Shown here one piece after another: positions 1 through 9,952 of a DNA stretch of 64,000 nt. The notes beneath the pieces are model-generated. The model was not told the origin of the DNA and ran no database searches. It saw nothing but the letters and a program-made list of their open reading frames with translations. Both the position numbers and the translations under genes were made by a program. The stretch's first letter is position 1, and every line of letters begins with the position of its first letter. The DNA lies in sequence record DRR723986_4151; one strand, given 5' to 3'.

Positions 1-702
1 AGCATCATTTGTTGGTGCAAATACTGTAAATGGTCCAGCAGTTGCATCAGATACTGTTTCGATATATGGTACTGTTGGGCTTCCACCATCTGCAAATACT
101 AACGCATCTACTAATATTGATAATGCTGGGTTAGTTGTTGCAAAAGTTGCGATTGTTGGTAAATCGATTATTGTATCTACAATGTGTACAGTTCCGTTAG
201 TTGCAGTTAAATCTGCATTTGTAACTGAAGACTGCCCGTTAAGCATAACACCATTAGAAGCATCAAAATAGATACTTAAGTTAGCGCCGTTTGGTCCAGT
301 TGCCATTGTGTTTCTGTATCCAGATCCTAAGCCTACTAAAGCAGTAGCACTAATATTTTCTCCTACTATTACGTGGTTTAATAAAATGTTTCTTACTAAA
401 TCTTCTTCAGCAGCAGATAAATTGTTTAAATCTAATCCTGTTGCTGTTAGTAAATCTGCAAAGGCATTATTTGTTGGTGCGAATACTGTGAATGGTCCAG
501 CTCCTTGTAAATCGTCTACTAAGCCTGTCACTGTAAGTGCAGTTGCTAACGACGTTAAGTTGTTTTCTAAAGCAACGTCTACTACTGTAGTTGCATCAGC
601 AGAATTTCCACCATTGTTGTCGTCGTCATCACTACATCCAGTTAATCCTACAACCAATAGAAATACTGAAAGTAATTTGAAAGTTTTTGAAATAATTTTC
701 AT
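1..702 (-). CDS. Fasciclin (FAS1) domain lipoprotein, 3' end runs off the window
   Basis: Not in ORF track; my translation of the minus strand from ATG 702: MKIISKTFKLLSVFLLVVGLTGC-SDDDDNNG (lipobox + acidic export signal); FAS1 motifs GPFTVFAPTN (twice) and ATNGTVHIVD. Confidence 0.9.
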   Translation of the reverse strand, partial: MKIISKTFKLLSVFLLVVGLTGCSDDDDNNGGNSADATTVVDVALENNLTSLATALTVTGLVDDLQGAGPFTVFAPTNNAFADLLTATGLDLNNLSAAEEDLVRNILLNHVIVGENISATALVGLGSGYRNTMATGPNGANLSIYFDASNGVMLNGQSSVTNADLTATNGTVHIVDTIIDLPTIATFATTNPALSILVDALVFADGGSPTVPYIETVSDATAGPFTVFAPTNDA

Positions 703-744
703 TTTTTTGAGTTTTTAAAATTGTTCAACATTGTCAAACTGTGA

Positions 745-765
745 TAAGTTTGTTTAACAAAATTA
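745..765. promoter_or_regulatory. Face-to-face Bacteroidota -7 boxes: TAAGTTTG (+, 745-752) and TAATTTTG (-, 765-758)
   Basis: Both match TAnnTTTG and lie between the divergent fasciclin and MORN-repeat genes. Confidence 0.6.
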
Positions 766-769
766 CGAA

Positions 770-1480
770 ATGATTAAACAAAAAGTATTCCTTGGTACTA
801 TATTTACAATAATTTTAACAATCTGCTATGCGCAAGAACCAGTAAATCAATTCGATAAAAACGGCGAACGCCACGGCCTGTGGACAAAAAACTACCATAA
901 GACCAATCAAAAACGTTACGAAGGAGTTTTTAACCATGGGAAGGAAATTGACACCTTTAAGTATTATAAACTAAATAGAGGTAAAAGTGTTTTAAGTGCG
1001 GTTAAGGTATTTTATGAAAAAGATAGTCTGGCGGATGTTACGTTTTATGCCTCAAGTAAAAAAGTAATAAGCGAAGGCATCATGAAAGGCAAACGCTTTG
1101 TTGGTCAATGGGTGTATTATCATAAAAATTCTACTTCAAAAATGATTGTAGAAAATTATAATGATGATGGCGAATTAGATGGTGAGCGTATTGTTTACTA
1201 CAAAAATGGTTTGGTCGCTGAGAAAGCCTATCATAAGAATGGTCAGCTTAATGGCAAAGCCATTTGGTATACTGAACAGAATAAACTATTAAAGTCTTCT
1301 ATATATAAAGACAATGTTTTAAATGGTCTTACCATTAATTATGATAGCAATGGCAATGTTTCTTCAGAAGGTAATTATAAGGACGATAAAAAATCAGGTA
1401 TTTGGAAATATTATAAAGATGGTAAGCTTACCAAAGAAATAGATCATACTAATCAAAAGGTGATAAAAACAAAACAATAG
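770..1480 (+). CDS. Exported MORN-variant repeat protein (YwqK-like)
   Basis: N-terminal signal-like segment; repeated G.W.YY.NG / EG.Y....K.G.W motifs. Confidence 0.8.
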   Translation: MIKQKVFLGTIFTIILTICYAQEPVNQFDKNGERHGLWTKNYHKTNQKRYEGVFNHGKEIDTFKYYKLNRGKSVLSAVKVFYEKDSLADVTFYASSKKVISEGIMKGKRFVGQWVYYHKNSTSKMIVENYNDDGELDGERIVYYKNGLVAEKAYHKNGQLNGKAIWYTEQNKLLKSSIYKDNVLNGLTINYDSNGNVSSEGNYKDDKKSGIWKYYKDGKLTKEIDHTNQKVIKTKQ

Positions 1481-1513
1481 AAAACGGCTATATATTGTAT
1501 AGTATTTCAGAAT

Positions 1514-1540
1514 GGCAATCTTCATAGGATTGCCTTTTTT
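1514..1540 (+). terminator. Intrinsic terminator
   Basis: GGCAATC-ttcatag-GATTGCC followed by T6. Confidence 0.75.
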
Positions 1541-1594
1541 ATTTTGTAATTTTGCCCAAGTTTTTATACAAATACCAAATAAATAATCATATAA

Positions 1595-2782
1595 GTGAAA
1601 CGCGTTATTGTAGGACTTTCTGGTGGAGTAGACTCTAGTGTTGCAGCCTATCTTTTAAAAGAGCAGGGCTACGAGGTTATTGGCTTGTTTATGAAAAACT
1701 GGCATGATGACTCTGTAACGATTTCAGATGAATGCCCATGGCTAGAAGATAGTAACGATGCTATGCTGGTAGCAGATAAATTAGGTATTCCTTTTCAAAC
1801 TGTAGATTTAAGTGTACAATACAAGGAGCGTATTGTAGATTATATGTTCAATGAATATGAAAAAGGGCGTACACCAAATCCTGATGTGTTATGTAATCGA
1901 GAAATAAAATTCGATGTCTTTATGGATATCGCCATGCAGCTTGGAGCAGATTACGTCGCAACGGGTCACTATTGTAGAAAAGCTACTATTGAAAAAGACG
2001 GTGAGCAAATTCACCAGCTTCTTGCAGGTGTAGATACGAATAAAGATCAATCCTATTTTTTATGTCAATTGTCGCAGGTACAATTAGCAAAGGCATTATT
2101 CCCTATAGGTGAATTAACAAAACCCGAAGTAAGAGACATAGCGAAAGCTCAAGATTTAATTACTGCAGAAAAGAAGGATTCACAAGGCTTATGTTTTATT
2201 GGTAAGGTACGTTTGCCAGAATTTTTGCAACAGCAACTCAAACCAAAGGAAGGTGTAATTGTAGAGGTAGAAGCGTCCTTAGATATATATAATGCTGAAA
2301 CTCCAGATTTTAGTACTAAAGAAAATGAATTAGAATTTTTATCTAAAAAGCCAGTCTATCAACAAGCTGATGGAAAAGTAGTCGGTAAGCATCAAGGAGC
2401 ACATTACTTTACCAAAGGGCAGCGTAAAGGATTGGCTGTCGGTGGTACAAAAGAGCCATTATTTGTTATTGATACAGATGTTAAGGACAATATTATATAC
2501 ACAGGCCAGGGAAAAAATCATCCTGGTTTATTGCGCAATGTTCTCTTTGTTACCAATGATGAATTACATTGGGTTCGCGAAGATCTATCATTAAATGAAG
2601 GCGAAACCATGGAGGTTAAAGCTCGTATTCGTTATAGACAACCACTAGAAGAAGCTACACTTCACAAAGTTTCTTCGGGTTTATATGTAGAATTTAAAAA
2701 TAAACAATCAGCTATTACTGAAGGGCAGTTTGTAGCCTGGTACTTAGAAGATGAATTGGTAGGTTCTGGAGTAATTTCTTAA
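1595..2782 (+). CDS. mnmA: tRNA 2-thiouridine(34) synthase
   Basis: SGGVDS PP-loop, [40 protein letters not shown] start; -7 box TAATTTTG at 1547-1554. Confidence 0.97.
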   Translation: MKRVIVGLSGGVDSSVAAYLLKEQGYEVIGLFMKNWHDDSVTISDECPWLEDSNDAMLVADKLGIPFQTVDLSVQYKERIVDYMFNEYEKGRTPNPDVLCNREIKFDVFMDIAMQLGADYVATGHYCRKATIEKDGEQIHQLLAGVDTNKDQSYFLCQLSQVQLAKALFPIGELTKPEVRDIAKAQDLITAEKKDSQGLCFIGKVRLPEFLQQQLKPKEGVIVEVEASLDIYNAETPDFSTKENELEFLSKKPVYQQADGKVVGKHQGAHYFTKGQRKGLAVGGTKEPLFVIDTDVKDNIIYTGQGKNHPGLLRNVLFVTNDELHWVREDLSLNEGETMEVKARIRYRQPLEEATLHKVSSGLYVEFKNKQSAITEGQFVAWYLEDELVGSGVIS

Positions 2783-2803
2783 ATTGCGGAAAAGAATTAA
2801 GTT

Positions 2804-4420
2804 ATGCTCAAGAAAATAACTTTGCTTTTATTGCTCCAAATCACAATAAACAGCTACGCTCAAGAAGACGCTTGGGTCTATCTCACAGATAAACCTAACG
2901 TTGCTACTTCATTAGCAAACCCCATTTCAATTTTAACGCAAAAGGCCATTGACCGAAAACAAAACCACAATGTCGCAATTGACGAACGAGATGTGCCTGT
3001 AAATGAAGCCTACATTGCCGATTTAAAAATTCAAACCGGAATCACAGTAATGGCAAAATCTAAATGGTTTAATGCAGTACACGTCAGAGGTTCTGAAGTA
3101 GATATAAATGCACTTAGCGCATTGACTTATGTTGCTAGTATCGATTTTGCAAATAATACGCTCGATGCAAGAGTAACAGCTACGGAAACAAAAGATAAAT
3201 TTAGCATTGAAACCCAACGTGTCAACTTTAATTATGGTGATACGCAGAATCAGGTAGAAATGATTAATGCCGACAATCTGCATGTAGCAGACTATACAGG
3301 TGAAGGCATAACCATTGCCATTATGGATTCAGGATTCCCAAATGTAGATACAATGGGAGCCTTTCAGCGTTTACGTGATAATGGCGATCTATTAGATGGT
3401 TATGATTTTGTAAACAAAACGTCGGATGTTTATGCAAGTGGAGCTAGTTCTCATGGTACAGTAGTACTTAGTGATATGGCTGCTTTTATTCAAGATCAAT
3501 TTGTTGGTACAGCACCAGACGCGTCGTATTATTTATTTTTAACCGAAGATGTGTCGAGTGAAAACCCAGTAGAGGAAAGCTATTGGGTAGAAGCTGCAGA
3601 ACGTGCAGATAGTTTGGGAGTAGATATGATCAATACCTCATTGGGTTACCGTGTGTTTGATAATTCTAATTACGATTATACGCCTGCAGATATGAACGGA
3701 CAAGTCGCCTTTATTTCCAAAGGAGCGTCAATTGCTGTAGAAAAAGGCATTCTCGTAGTCGTAAGTGCAGGTAATGCAGGCGCGACGACATGGCAAACTG
3801 TTGGTGCACCAGCAGATTCACCAGATGTTCTGTCTGTAGGAGCTGTAGATGCCAATGGCAATTATGTGTCTTTTAGTTCTCAGGGTGGTGCCGCACAAGT
3901 CGGTTACCAAAAACCAGACGTGGTGGCAAGAGGTGGTAGTGCTTATGTGGTAAGTCAGAATAACAGTATTGCACAACTTAATGGTACCTCATTTAGTGCA
4001 CCTATTTTATGTGGAGGAATTGCTTCGCTTTGGCAAGCCATACCAAATGCTACAGCACAAGAGGTTATGGATTACGTCAGGCAATCGGCATCACAATTTA
4101 GTTCACCAGATGATTTATTAGGCTATGGAATACCAGATTTAGATGCAGCAAGGAATATGGCCTTAAATGTTGAAGAAGACATGTTTCAGTCACTCAGCGT
4201 ATATCCAAATCCAGTGGCAAATGAACTAACCATAACACATACTGATACGTTATTAGATGCTCAGATTATTATATATAATCAATTGGGTCAGCAAGTATTA
4301 CAAACCCAAGGTAATGCAAATATGTTGCGTATTGACGTATCGCATTTAGCAACCGGATTATACCATTTACAAGTGTCAGACACTAACCGTACAATGCGTT
4401 TTAAAATCATAAATCAATAA
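2804..4420 (+). CDS. S8 (subtilisin) serine peptidase with T9SS C-terminal sorting domain
   Basis: Signal peptide; triad motifs IMDSG, HGT, GTSFSAP; CTD VYPNPV...LATGLYHL..F. Confidence 0.93.
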   Translation: MLKKITLLLLLQITINSYAQEDAWVYLTDKPNVATSLANPISILTQKAIDRKQNHNVAIDERDVPVNEAYIADLKIQTGITVMAKSKWFNAVHVRGSEVDINALSALTYVASIDFANNTLDARVTATETKDKFSIETQRVNFNYGDTQNQVEMINADNLHVADYTGEGITIAIMDSGFPNVDTMGAFQRLRDNGDLLDGYDFVNKTSDVYASGASSHGTVVLSDMAAFIQDQFVGTAPDASYYLFLTEDVSSENPVEESYWVEAAERADSLGVDMINTSLGYRVFDNSNYDYTPADMNGQVAFISKGASIAVEKGILVVVSAGNAGATTWQTVGAPADSPDVLSVGAVDANGNYVSFSSQGGAAQVGYQKPDVVARGGSAYVVSQNNSIAQLNGTSFSAPILCGGIASLWQAIPNATAQEVMDYVRQSASQFSSPDDLLGYGIPDLDAARNMALNVEEDMFQSLSVYPNPVANELTITHTDTLLDAQIIIYNQLGQQVLQTQGNANMLRIDVSHLATGLYHLQVSDTNRTMRFKIINQ

Positions 4421-5362
4421 ATGACCAACAGAATCACAGAACTCTTCAATATAAAATATCCAATCATTCAGGCAGGAATGATTTGGAACAGTGGCTGGAG
4501 ATTAGCTTCAGCGGCAAGTAACTCAGGGATTTTAGGTTTAATAGGAGCAGGCTCTATGTATCCAGATATACTTAGAGAACACATTAAAAAATGTAAAGCT
4601 GCAACAGATAAACCTTTTGGAGTTAATGTACCTATGTTATATCCCAATATTGAAGAAATTATGGATATCATCATAGAAGAAGGAGTACAAATTGTATTCA
4701 CATCTGCTGGTAACCCAAAAACCTGGACCAAATGGCTACAAGACCAAGGTGTTACTGTAGTGCATGTGGTTAGTTCTGTAAAGTTTGCATTAAAAGCACA
4801 AGCTGCTGGTGTAGATGCTGTAGTTGCTGAAGGCTTTGAAGCTGGTGGGCATAATGGTAGAGACGAAACCACGACATTGACTTTAATCCCAATGGTTAAT
4901 GAACAGTTAGAGATTCCCTTAATTGCTGCTGGCGGTATTGCTACAGGTAAAGCGATGTTGGCATGTATGGTCTTAGGAGCCGATGGAGTGCAGGTAGGTA
5001 GCCGTTTTGTAGCCAGTGAAGAATCCTCGGCACACCAAGCATTTAAGCAAGTTGTTGTTGATGCTAAGGAAGGAGATACACAACTCACCTTAAGAGAATT
5101 GGCACCAGTACGACTCATAAAAAACAAATTCTACAACGAATTACAAGAGCTCTATAAAACCGCGCCAACACCAGAGCAACTCAAAGAACTCTTAGGTAGA
5201 GCGCGCGCTAAGCGTGGCATGTTTGAAGGCGACTTAGATGATGGTGAATTGGAGATTGGCCAAATTGCTGGTTTAATACACGACGTAAAACCGGTTGCTG
5301 AAATTGTTAGCGATATGGTTACAGAGTTTGAAGCTGCTAAAGCCACTATAAATCGTTTATAA
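4421..5362 (+). CDS. NAD(P)H-dependent flavin oxidoreductase (nitronate monooxygenase/FabK family)
   Basis: YPIIQAGM, PFGVN, EGFEAGGH, IAAGGI, GVQVGSRF. Confidence 0.9.
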   Translation: MTNRITELFNIKYPIIQAGMIWNSGWRLASAASNSGILGLIGAGSMYPDILREHIKKCKAATDKPFGVNVPMLYPNIEEIMDIIIEEGVQIVFTSAGNPKTWTKWLQDQGVTVVHVVSSVKFALKAQAAGVDAVVAEGFEAGGHNGRDETTTLTLIPMVNEQLEIPLIAAGGIATGKAMLACMVLGADGVQVGSRFVASEESSAHQAFKQVVVDAKEGDTQLTLRELAPVRLIKNKFYNELQELYKTAPTPEQLKELLGRARAKRGMFEGDLDDGELEIGQIAGLIHDVKPVAEIVSDMVTEFEAAKATINRL

Positions 5363-5534
5363 CTTTTAATATTTACGTAGTTCTACGTATTGACTTTGTG
5401 CTTAAAACTGTGAACTTCGCTTAACAAACGATATAGTCAATAGCAACTGACATATCTAACCGTTAAGCGTAACTACCAAAAATTCCACTCTAAATTAATT
5501 CGCACAACAAAAACCGAAGCCTTATTTTTGCAGA

Positions 5535-6917
5535 ATGCTTTTGCACAACTACACCAAAGAATTTAGATATAACCTTAGGTTAGCCTCACCAGTTATTTTA
5601 GGTATGCTTGGGCACACCTTGGTAAGCTTTGTGGATAATGTAATGGTTGGGCAATTAGGTGCTGCAGAACTCGCTGCAGTGTCTTTAGGTAATAGCTTTA
5701 TTTTTATTGCCATGTCCTTAGGAATTGGATTTTCTACGGCCATTACGCCTTTAGTGGCTGAGGCAGACTCAGAGAAAAACTTTACAAAAGGCAAATCGGT
5801 ATTTAAACACGGTTTCTTTTTATGTACAGTTTTAGGCATCCTCTTATTTTTAATGACCTTGGCTGCCAAACCATTAATGTACATTATGGATCAGCCAGAA
5901 GAGGTGGTAGAATTGGCCATGCCATATTTAGATCTGGTGGCGTTTTCGCTGGTGCCGCTAATTATTTTTCAGGCATTTAAGCAGTTTAGTGATGGTTTAT
6001 CTTTAACCAAATACCCAATGTATGCCACTATCATTGCTAATGTCCTTAATGTGGTGATTAATTACGTGCTTATCTTTGGTAAGTTTGGTATGCCTCAAAT
6101 GGGTATTGTTGGCGCAGCTGTTGGTACTTTAGTGTCGCGCATAGTAATGTTGTTTTTCTTGTGGTTACTTTTAGTTAAGCGCGATAAACCTATGGCGTAT
6201 GTCACCAAAATAAAATTCTTTACACTCAGTAAACAACAACTTAAAAAATTGACCAATTTAGGCTTACCAAGTGCTATGCAAATGTTTTTTGAGGTGGCCA
6301 TTTTTACAGCTGCGATTTGGTTGAGTGGTACGCTGGGTAAAAATGCACAAGCTGCTAATCAAATAGCATTAAACCTCTCATCCATGACCTTTATGGTCGC
6401 TATGGGATTAAGTGTGACGGCAATGATACGCGTTGGTAATCAAAAAGGACTAAAAGACTTTAAGCCCTTAAAGCGTATTGCGGAATCTATCTTTTTAGTC
6501 GGTTTTGTATTTGCCGTAGTGTTTGCCCTTTTCTTTGTGGTGTTTCATAATTTACTCCCAGATTTGTACGTCGATTTAGACGATCCTACCAATGCTGCAG
6601 ATACCGTTGAAGTAGTTAAAATTGCAGCTACATTATTGCTGGCAGCTGCAGTCTTTCAGATAAGTGACAGTTTGCAAGTTATAGCCCTGGGTGCGCTTCG
6701 TGGCTTACAAGATGTAAAAATACCAACCATAATTACGTTCATTTCGTATTGGATGATAGGCTTTCCAATTAGCTATTTTCTGGGTAAAGAAGAGGCTTAT
6801 GGTAGTTTGGGTATTTGGATTGGCTTACTCGCTGGTTTGAGTGCAGCAGCAATTTTATTATATTTTAGATTTAATTATCTTACAAAGCGTTTAATTTTGC
6901 AACAAGACAAAAATTAA
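5535..6917 (+). CDS. MATE family efflux transporter
   Basis: About 12 TM segments; VDNVMVGQLG, PQMGIVGAAVGT, GALRGLQD. Confidence 0.93.
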   Translation: MLLHNYTKEFRYNLRLASPVILGMLGHTLVSFVDNVMVGQLGAAELAAVSLGNSFIFIAMSLGIGFSTAITPLVAEADSEKNFTKGKSVFKHGFFLCTVLGILLFLMTLAAKPLMYIMDQPEEVVELAMPYLDLVAFSLVPLIIFQAFKQFSDGLSLTKYPMYATIIANVLNVVINYVLIFGKFGMPQMGIVGAAVGTLVSRIVMLFFLWLLLVKRDKPMAYVTKIKFFTLSKQQLKKLTNLGLPSAMQMFFEVAIFTAAIWLSGTLGKNAQAANQIALNLSSMTFMVAMGLSVTAMIRVGNQKGLKDFKPLKRIAESIFLVGFVFAVVFALFFVVFHNLLPDLYVDLDDPTNAADTVEVVKIAATLLLAAAVFQISDSLQVIALGALRGLQDVKIPTIITFISYWMIGFPISYFLGKEEAYGSLGIWIGLLAGLSAAAILLYFRFNYLTKRLILQQDKN

Positions 6918-6920
6918 GAC

Positions 6921-7148
6921 ATGGAACTTCCTAAATTTATATTGGGCGATAATACGGATTATCCAGATGCGATATTCATAGTACATACAGAATTCCCTAG
7001 ATTCATTATTAATCTTGAGAATGATGAGGTAGAATGGTTTGAAGAATTCGATGATCACGATCAAAAAGAGCTAGAAACTGAAATGGAAAATTACATTCAG
7101 CAAGCCACTGATTTTTACGATAGGGAAGTAGCACGTTACGACGATTAA
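6921..7148 (+). CDS. Small acidic hypothetical protein
   Basis: 75 aa, tightly coupled between the MATE and PAP2 genes (TAATG overlap with the next gene). Confidence 0.75.
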   Translation: MELPKFILGDNTDYPDAIFIVHTEFPRFIINLENDEVEWFEEFDDHDQKELETEMENYIQQATDFYDREVARYDD

Positions 7149-7720
7149 TGTTAGATAAACTCTTAGAATTAGATAAAGACTTCTTTTTATTCCTCAATAA
7201 TTTGGGTAATGAAACGTGGGATGGTTTGTGGTTAGTTATAACCAACAAACTCACCTTTGTGCCATTTTATGCTATTCTATTGTTTTTAATCTATAAAAAG
7301 TATGGCGCAAAACCGTTATTACTAATGGTTTTTGTCATTGCTGCCATGATTACCTTTACCGACCAAATCACCAATGTGTTTAAAGATGGATTTATGCGAC
7401 CACGACCTTGTAGAGCAGAAGGTGTGGTAGAATTTACCCGTTACATTGCTGAACGTTGTGGTAAATATGGTTTCTTTTCTGGGCATTCGTCTAACTCAAT
7501 GGCAGCCGCTGTCTTTGGTGGCTTAGTGCTACGACCATATTATAAAAATCTCATTTTTGTCCTACTCTTCTGGAGTTTTATTGTGGCTTATAGTCGTATT
7601 TATGTAGGTGTACATTATCCATTGGATATTATTTGTGGAATGACCTTTGGAGCCTTATCTGGCTTTGGCTTTTATAAGTTGAACAAATACCTGCTAAAAC
7701 GTTTTATTTCTTCCGAGTAA
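7148..7720 (+). CDS. PAP2-family membrane phosphatase (LpxE/undecaprenyl-PP phosphatase-like)
   Basis: K.....RPRP, FFSGHS, SRIYVGVHYPLD. Confidence 0.92.
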   Translation: MLDKLLELDKDFFLFLNNLGNETWDGLWLVITNKLTFVPFYAILLFLIYKKYGAKPLLLMVFVIAAMITFTDQITNVFKDGFMRPRPCRAEGVVEFTRYIAERCGKYGFFSGHSSNSMAAAVFGGLVLRPYYKNLIFVLLFWSFIVAYSRIYVGVHYPLDIICGMTFGALSGFGFYKLNKYLLKRFISSE

Positions 7721-9326
7721 GTTTATAGAGCTGATTTACTAATCGGCTTTTGTGCGCTTTAGTTCCCTTTTCTGAGAAATTAGTATCGTAAGTCTCTACA
7801 AATTCTATAGTAAAGAGTTGGTTTAACTCCGCTATGGTATTTGGATCTGTTTTTACAGTTAATAAATGAAACTCAGATTCTCTGGGAATTACAATACCAT
7901 CTTTAGTCTTTAGATTCGGAATTTTATCGCCATAACTGTAAATCACCTCTGGAGCAATATTATTTAAGCTATACACCGGAATGGAGTCTTGGCTTAAGTC
8001 TGCAACAGATTTATAATTGGCCTGTGCTTGTAATTCTACTAATGGCAAGGCAAAAAGTCCAATACTCATCATAAAGAGAATAACCAGATAAAAAGCACTT
8101 TTAATATCTTTTTGCAATAACTGCCTAAACATAAGAACACCAATACCAGTTAGGACAACTGCCGCAAGAATAAATTTTAAAGTAACCCAACCACTTAAAA
8201 ATGGCCCAAGAAAAAACCCTGTAAAATTAAATGCCATGGCAATTAACCCAATCAATCCAAACTGAAAATAGACAGGAATGATTTCAGATGTAGTCTTCAT
8301 GTTTTTAAACTCACGGATCAGATAATCGATGTAAAATCCAATATTAATTGCGAGTGGGATGAGTACTGGCATGAGATAGCGTGATTTTTTTTCCGGAATA
8401 ATGGATAATAGAATTACTGCAATGATGGTCCAGAAAAAGCTAAATCTATAGGCTTTTAGATTAGAGACTCTCGTTTTTAAATACGGATATAACAAACTAA
8501 TAAAAGCAGGAATGGCCCATAGACCACTTTGAACAAAGAAACTCCAGTAATAGTAAAACGGCCTCACGTTGTAACTACTCCAGTTAGAGGTTTCGCGTGT
8601 GGCAATGGCAGTAAAGGTTTCAGGATCGGCGACACGTACATGAAAGTACCACCAGCCACCTAAGACAACACCAAAAACCAAAAGGCTAACCAATTTTAAA
8701 AAGTGTAGTGTGCCACCTTTTAGATTAAACGCTATACCATAAGCTATAACAAAAGATAAGAATAAGACGTAAAGGGACACAGGTCCTTTAGACAAAATAG
8801 AACAGGCAAAAAACAACACAAATAAGCTACTATTTAAAAGTGTGGTTTTTTGTTTCTGAAAAAGTTTAATAAATTGATATAATGCCAAAAGCATAAAGCC
8901 GTGAGCATAAATATCCCAAGGCCCTTCTATAGTGATGCCAATAACGTAAAATGAGGTAAGGACAATAAACCCATTTCTAAGGCTTTGTGCTTTGTTTAAT
9001 TCTAATTTTTTAGATAATAAATATGTAGAAATCCCAACACTCGCTAACAATAGTAGTGCAGGCCAACGCAAGGCTAAAACGGATTTAATACCAAACACTA
9101 AACCGAAAACTGCTGTAATCCAGGTCGGCAATGGAGGTTTTTCATAGCGTGCTTCTCCATTCATAGTGGTTAATATCCAATGGTTATCTGCAAGCATTTC
9201 TCTGGCCGAAATAAAATTTCGAGCCTCCATTATACTTACAGGAACAGCGTCTATGGTAAAACCCAACATGAGTATTACAAAGACTAATAAACTTAGAACC
9301 GGATATTTTTCTATTAATTTAATCAT
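7704..9326 (-). CDS. ArnT/PMT-family (GT-C) polyprenyl-phosphate-sugar glycosyltransferase
   Basis: EARN..SAREM, RYEKPPL, LSKGP, RPFYYY, EKKSRYLMP; multi-TM. Confidence 0.9.
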   Translation of the reverse strand: MIKLIEKYPVLSLLVFVILMLGFTIDAVPVSIMEARNFISAREMLADNHWILTTMNGEARYEKPPLPTWITAVFGLVFGIKSVLALRWPALLLLASVGISTYLLSKKLELNKAQSLRNGFIVLTSFYVIGITIEGPWDIYAHGFMLLALYQFIKLFQKQKTTLLNSSLFVLFFACSILSKGPVSLYVLFLSFVIAYGIAFNLKGGTLHFLKLVSLLVFGVVLGGWWYFHVRVADPETFTAIATRETSNWSSYNVRPFYYYWSFFVQSGLWAIPAFISLLYPYLKTRVSNLKAYRFSFFWTIIAVILLSIIPEKKSRYLMPVLIPLAINIGFYIDYLIREFKNMKTTSEIIPVYFQFGLIGLIAMAFNFTGFFLGPFLSGWVTLKFILAAVVLTGIGVLMFRQLLQKDIKSAFYLVILFMMSIGLFALPLVELQAQANYKSVADLSQDSIPVYSLNNIAPEVIYSYGDKIPNLKTKDGIVIPRESEFHLLTVKTDPNTIAELNQLFTIEFVETYDTNFSEKGTKAHKSRLVNQLYKLTRKK

Positions 9327-9942
9327 CTGTTTGACGGATTAAATAAGCATTGCGCGCATAAATTATTAAACCAAATAAGTGACCGACAAAGAGTACAGGA
9401 TCTTCTCGAAGGATTGCATAGGTTAAGATTAAGCCAGCACCAATTAAACTCAATACCCAAAATCCCATGGGTAAGGTCGATTCTTTGTGACGCTCAGCAT
9501 GTATCCATTGATATACAAATCGCAAGGTAAAGATAACTTGAGCCACAATACCTAGGATTAGTAGCCAAAGCGGAATGGCTTCGTTTTTCAAGAGCAATTC
9601 AATATCTATCTTATTGTTGTTATAGTAGAAAATTACAATAAGTACAGGGATGATTAAGAGTAAATAACGTCCTATTTTAGGAAACTTTTGCCATTGTCCT
9701 TGTAGTTGTAAATTACGTATGTAGATAAAATAAGTTAAACTCTGACCAAGCATAATAGCGAAGTCTAAGCGTAAATAACCGTAAATAAAGAGTAAAAATG
9801 AGGCGATAAGACTAAGTGTCCAGAAGGTCGTGGGAGTAATGACTTTACGCTGCTTTTCTGAGGTAATCCACTGAATAATTAGTCGCGATGAGAATAAAAT
9901 CTGCGCTAAAAATCCGATACTGTAAATAATCCAGTCTTTCAA
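9319..9942 (-). CDS. Lipid A biosynthesis N-terminal (LAB_N) domain membrane protein, two repeats
   Basis: Duplicated G..AQ..F..R...QW..(S/A)E.......P..FW.LSL motif; TTG start. Confidence 0.88.
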   Translation of the reverse strand: MKDWIIYSIGFLAQILFSSRLIIQWITSEKQRKVITPTTFWTLSLIASFLLFIYGYLRLDFAIMLGQSLTYFIYIRNLQLQGQWQKFPKIGRYLLLIIPVLIVIFYYNNNKIDIELLLKNEAIPLWLLILGIVAQVIFTLRFVYQWIHAERHKESTLPMGFWVLSLIGAGLILTYAILREDPVLFVGHLFGLIIYARNAYLIRQTDD

Positions 9943-9952
9943 AGTGTTGCTT

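Noticed and set aside
308-718. 136-aa plus-strand ORF
   Set aside because: Antisense shadow of the fasciclin lipoprotein gene, which has clear motifs on the minus strand
770-1480. YwqK-type antitoxin implying a toxin-antitoxin or polymorphic toxin system
   Set aside because: No toxin gene nearby; MORN-variant repeats with a signal peptide are common in Flavobacteriaceae
4468-5127. 219-aa minus-strand ORF and other short antisense or alternate-frame ORFs (e.g. 12536, 13024, 47839, 61997, 63425)
   Set aside because: Lie within well-supported genes, have no recognisable motifs, and are typical codon-bias shadows
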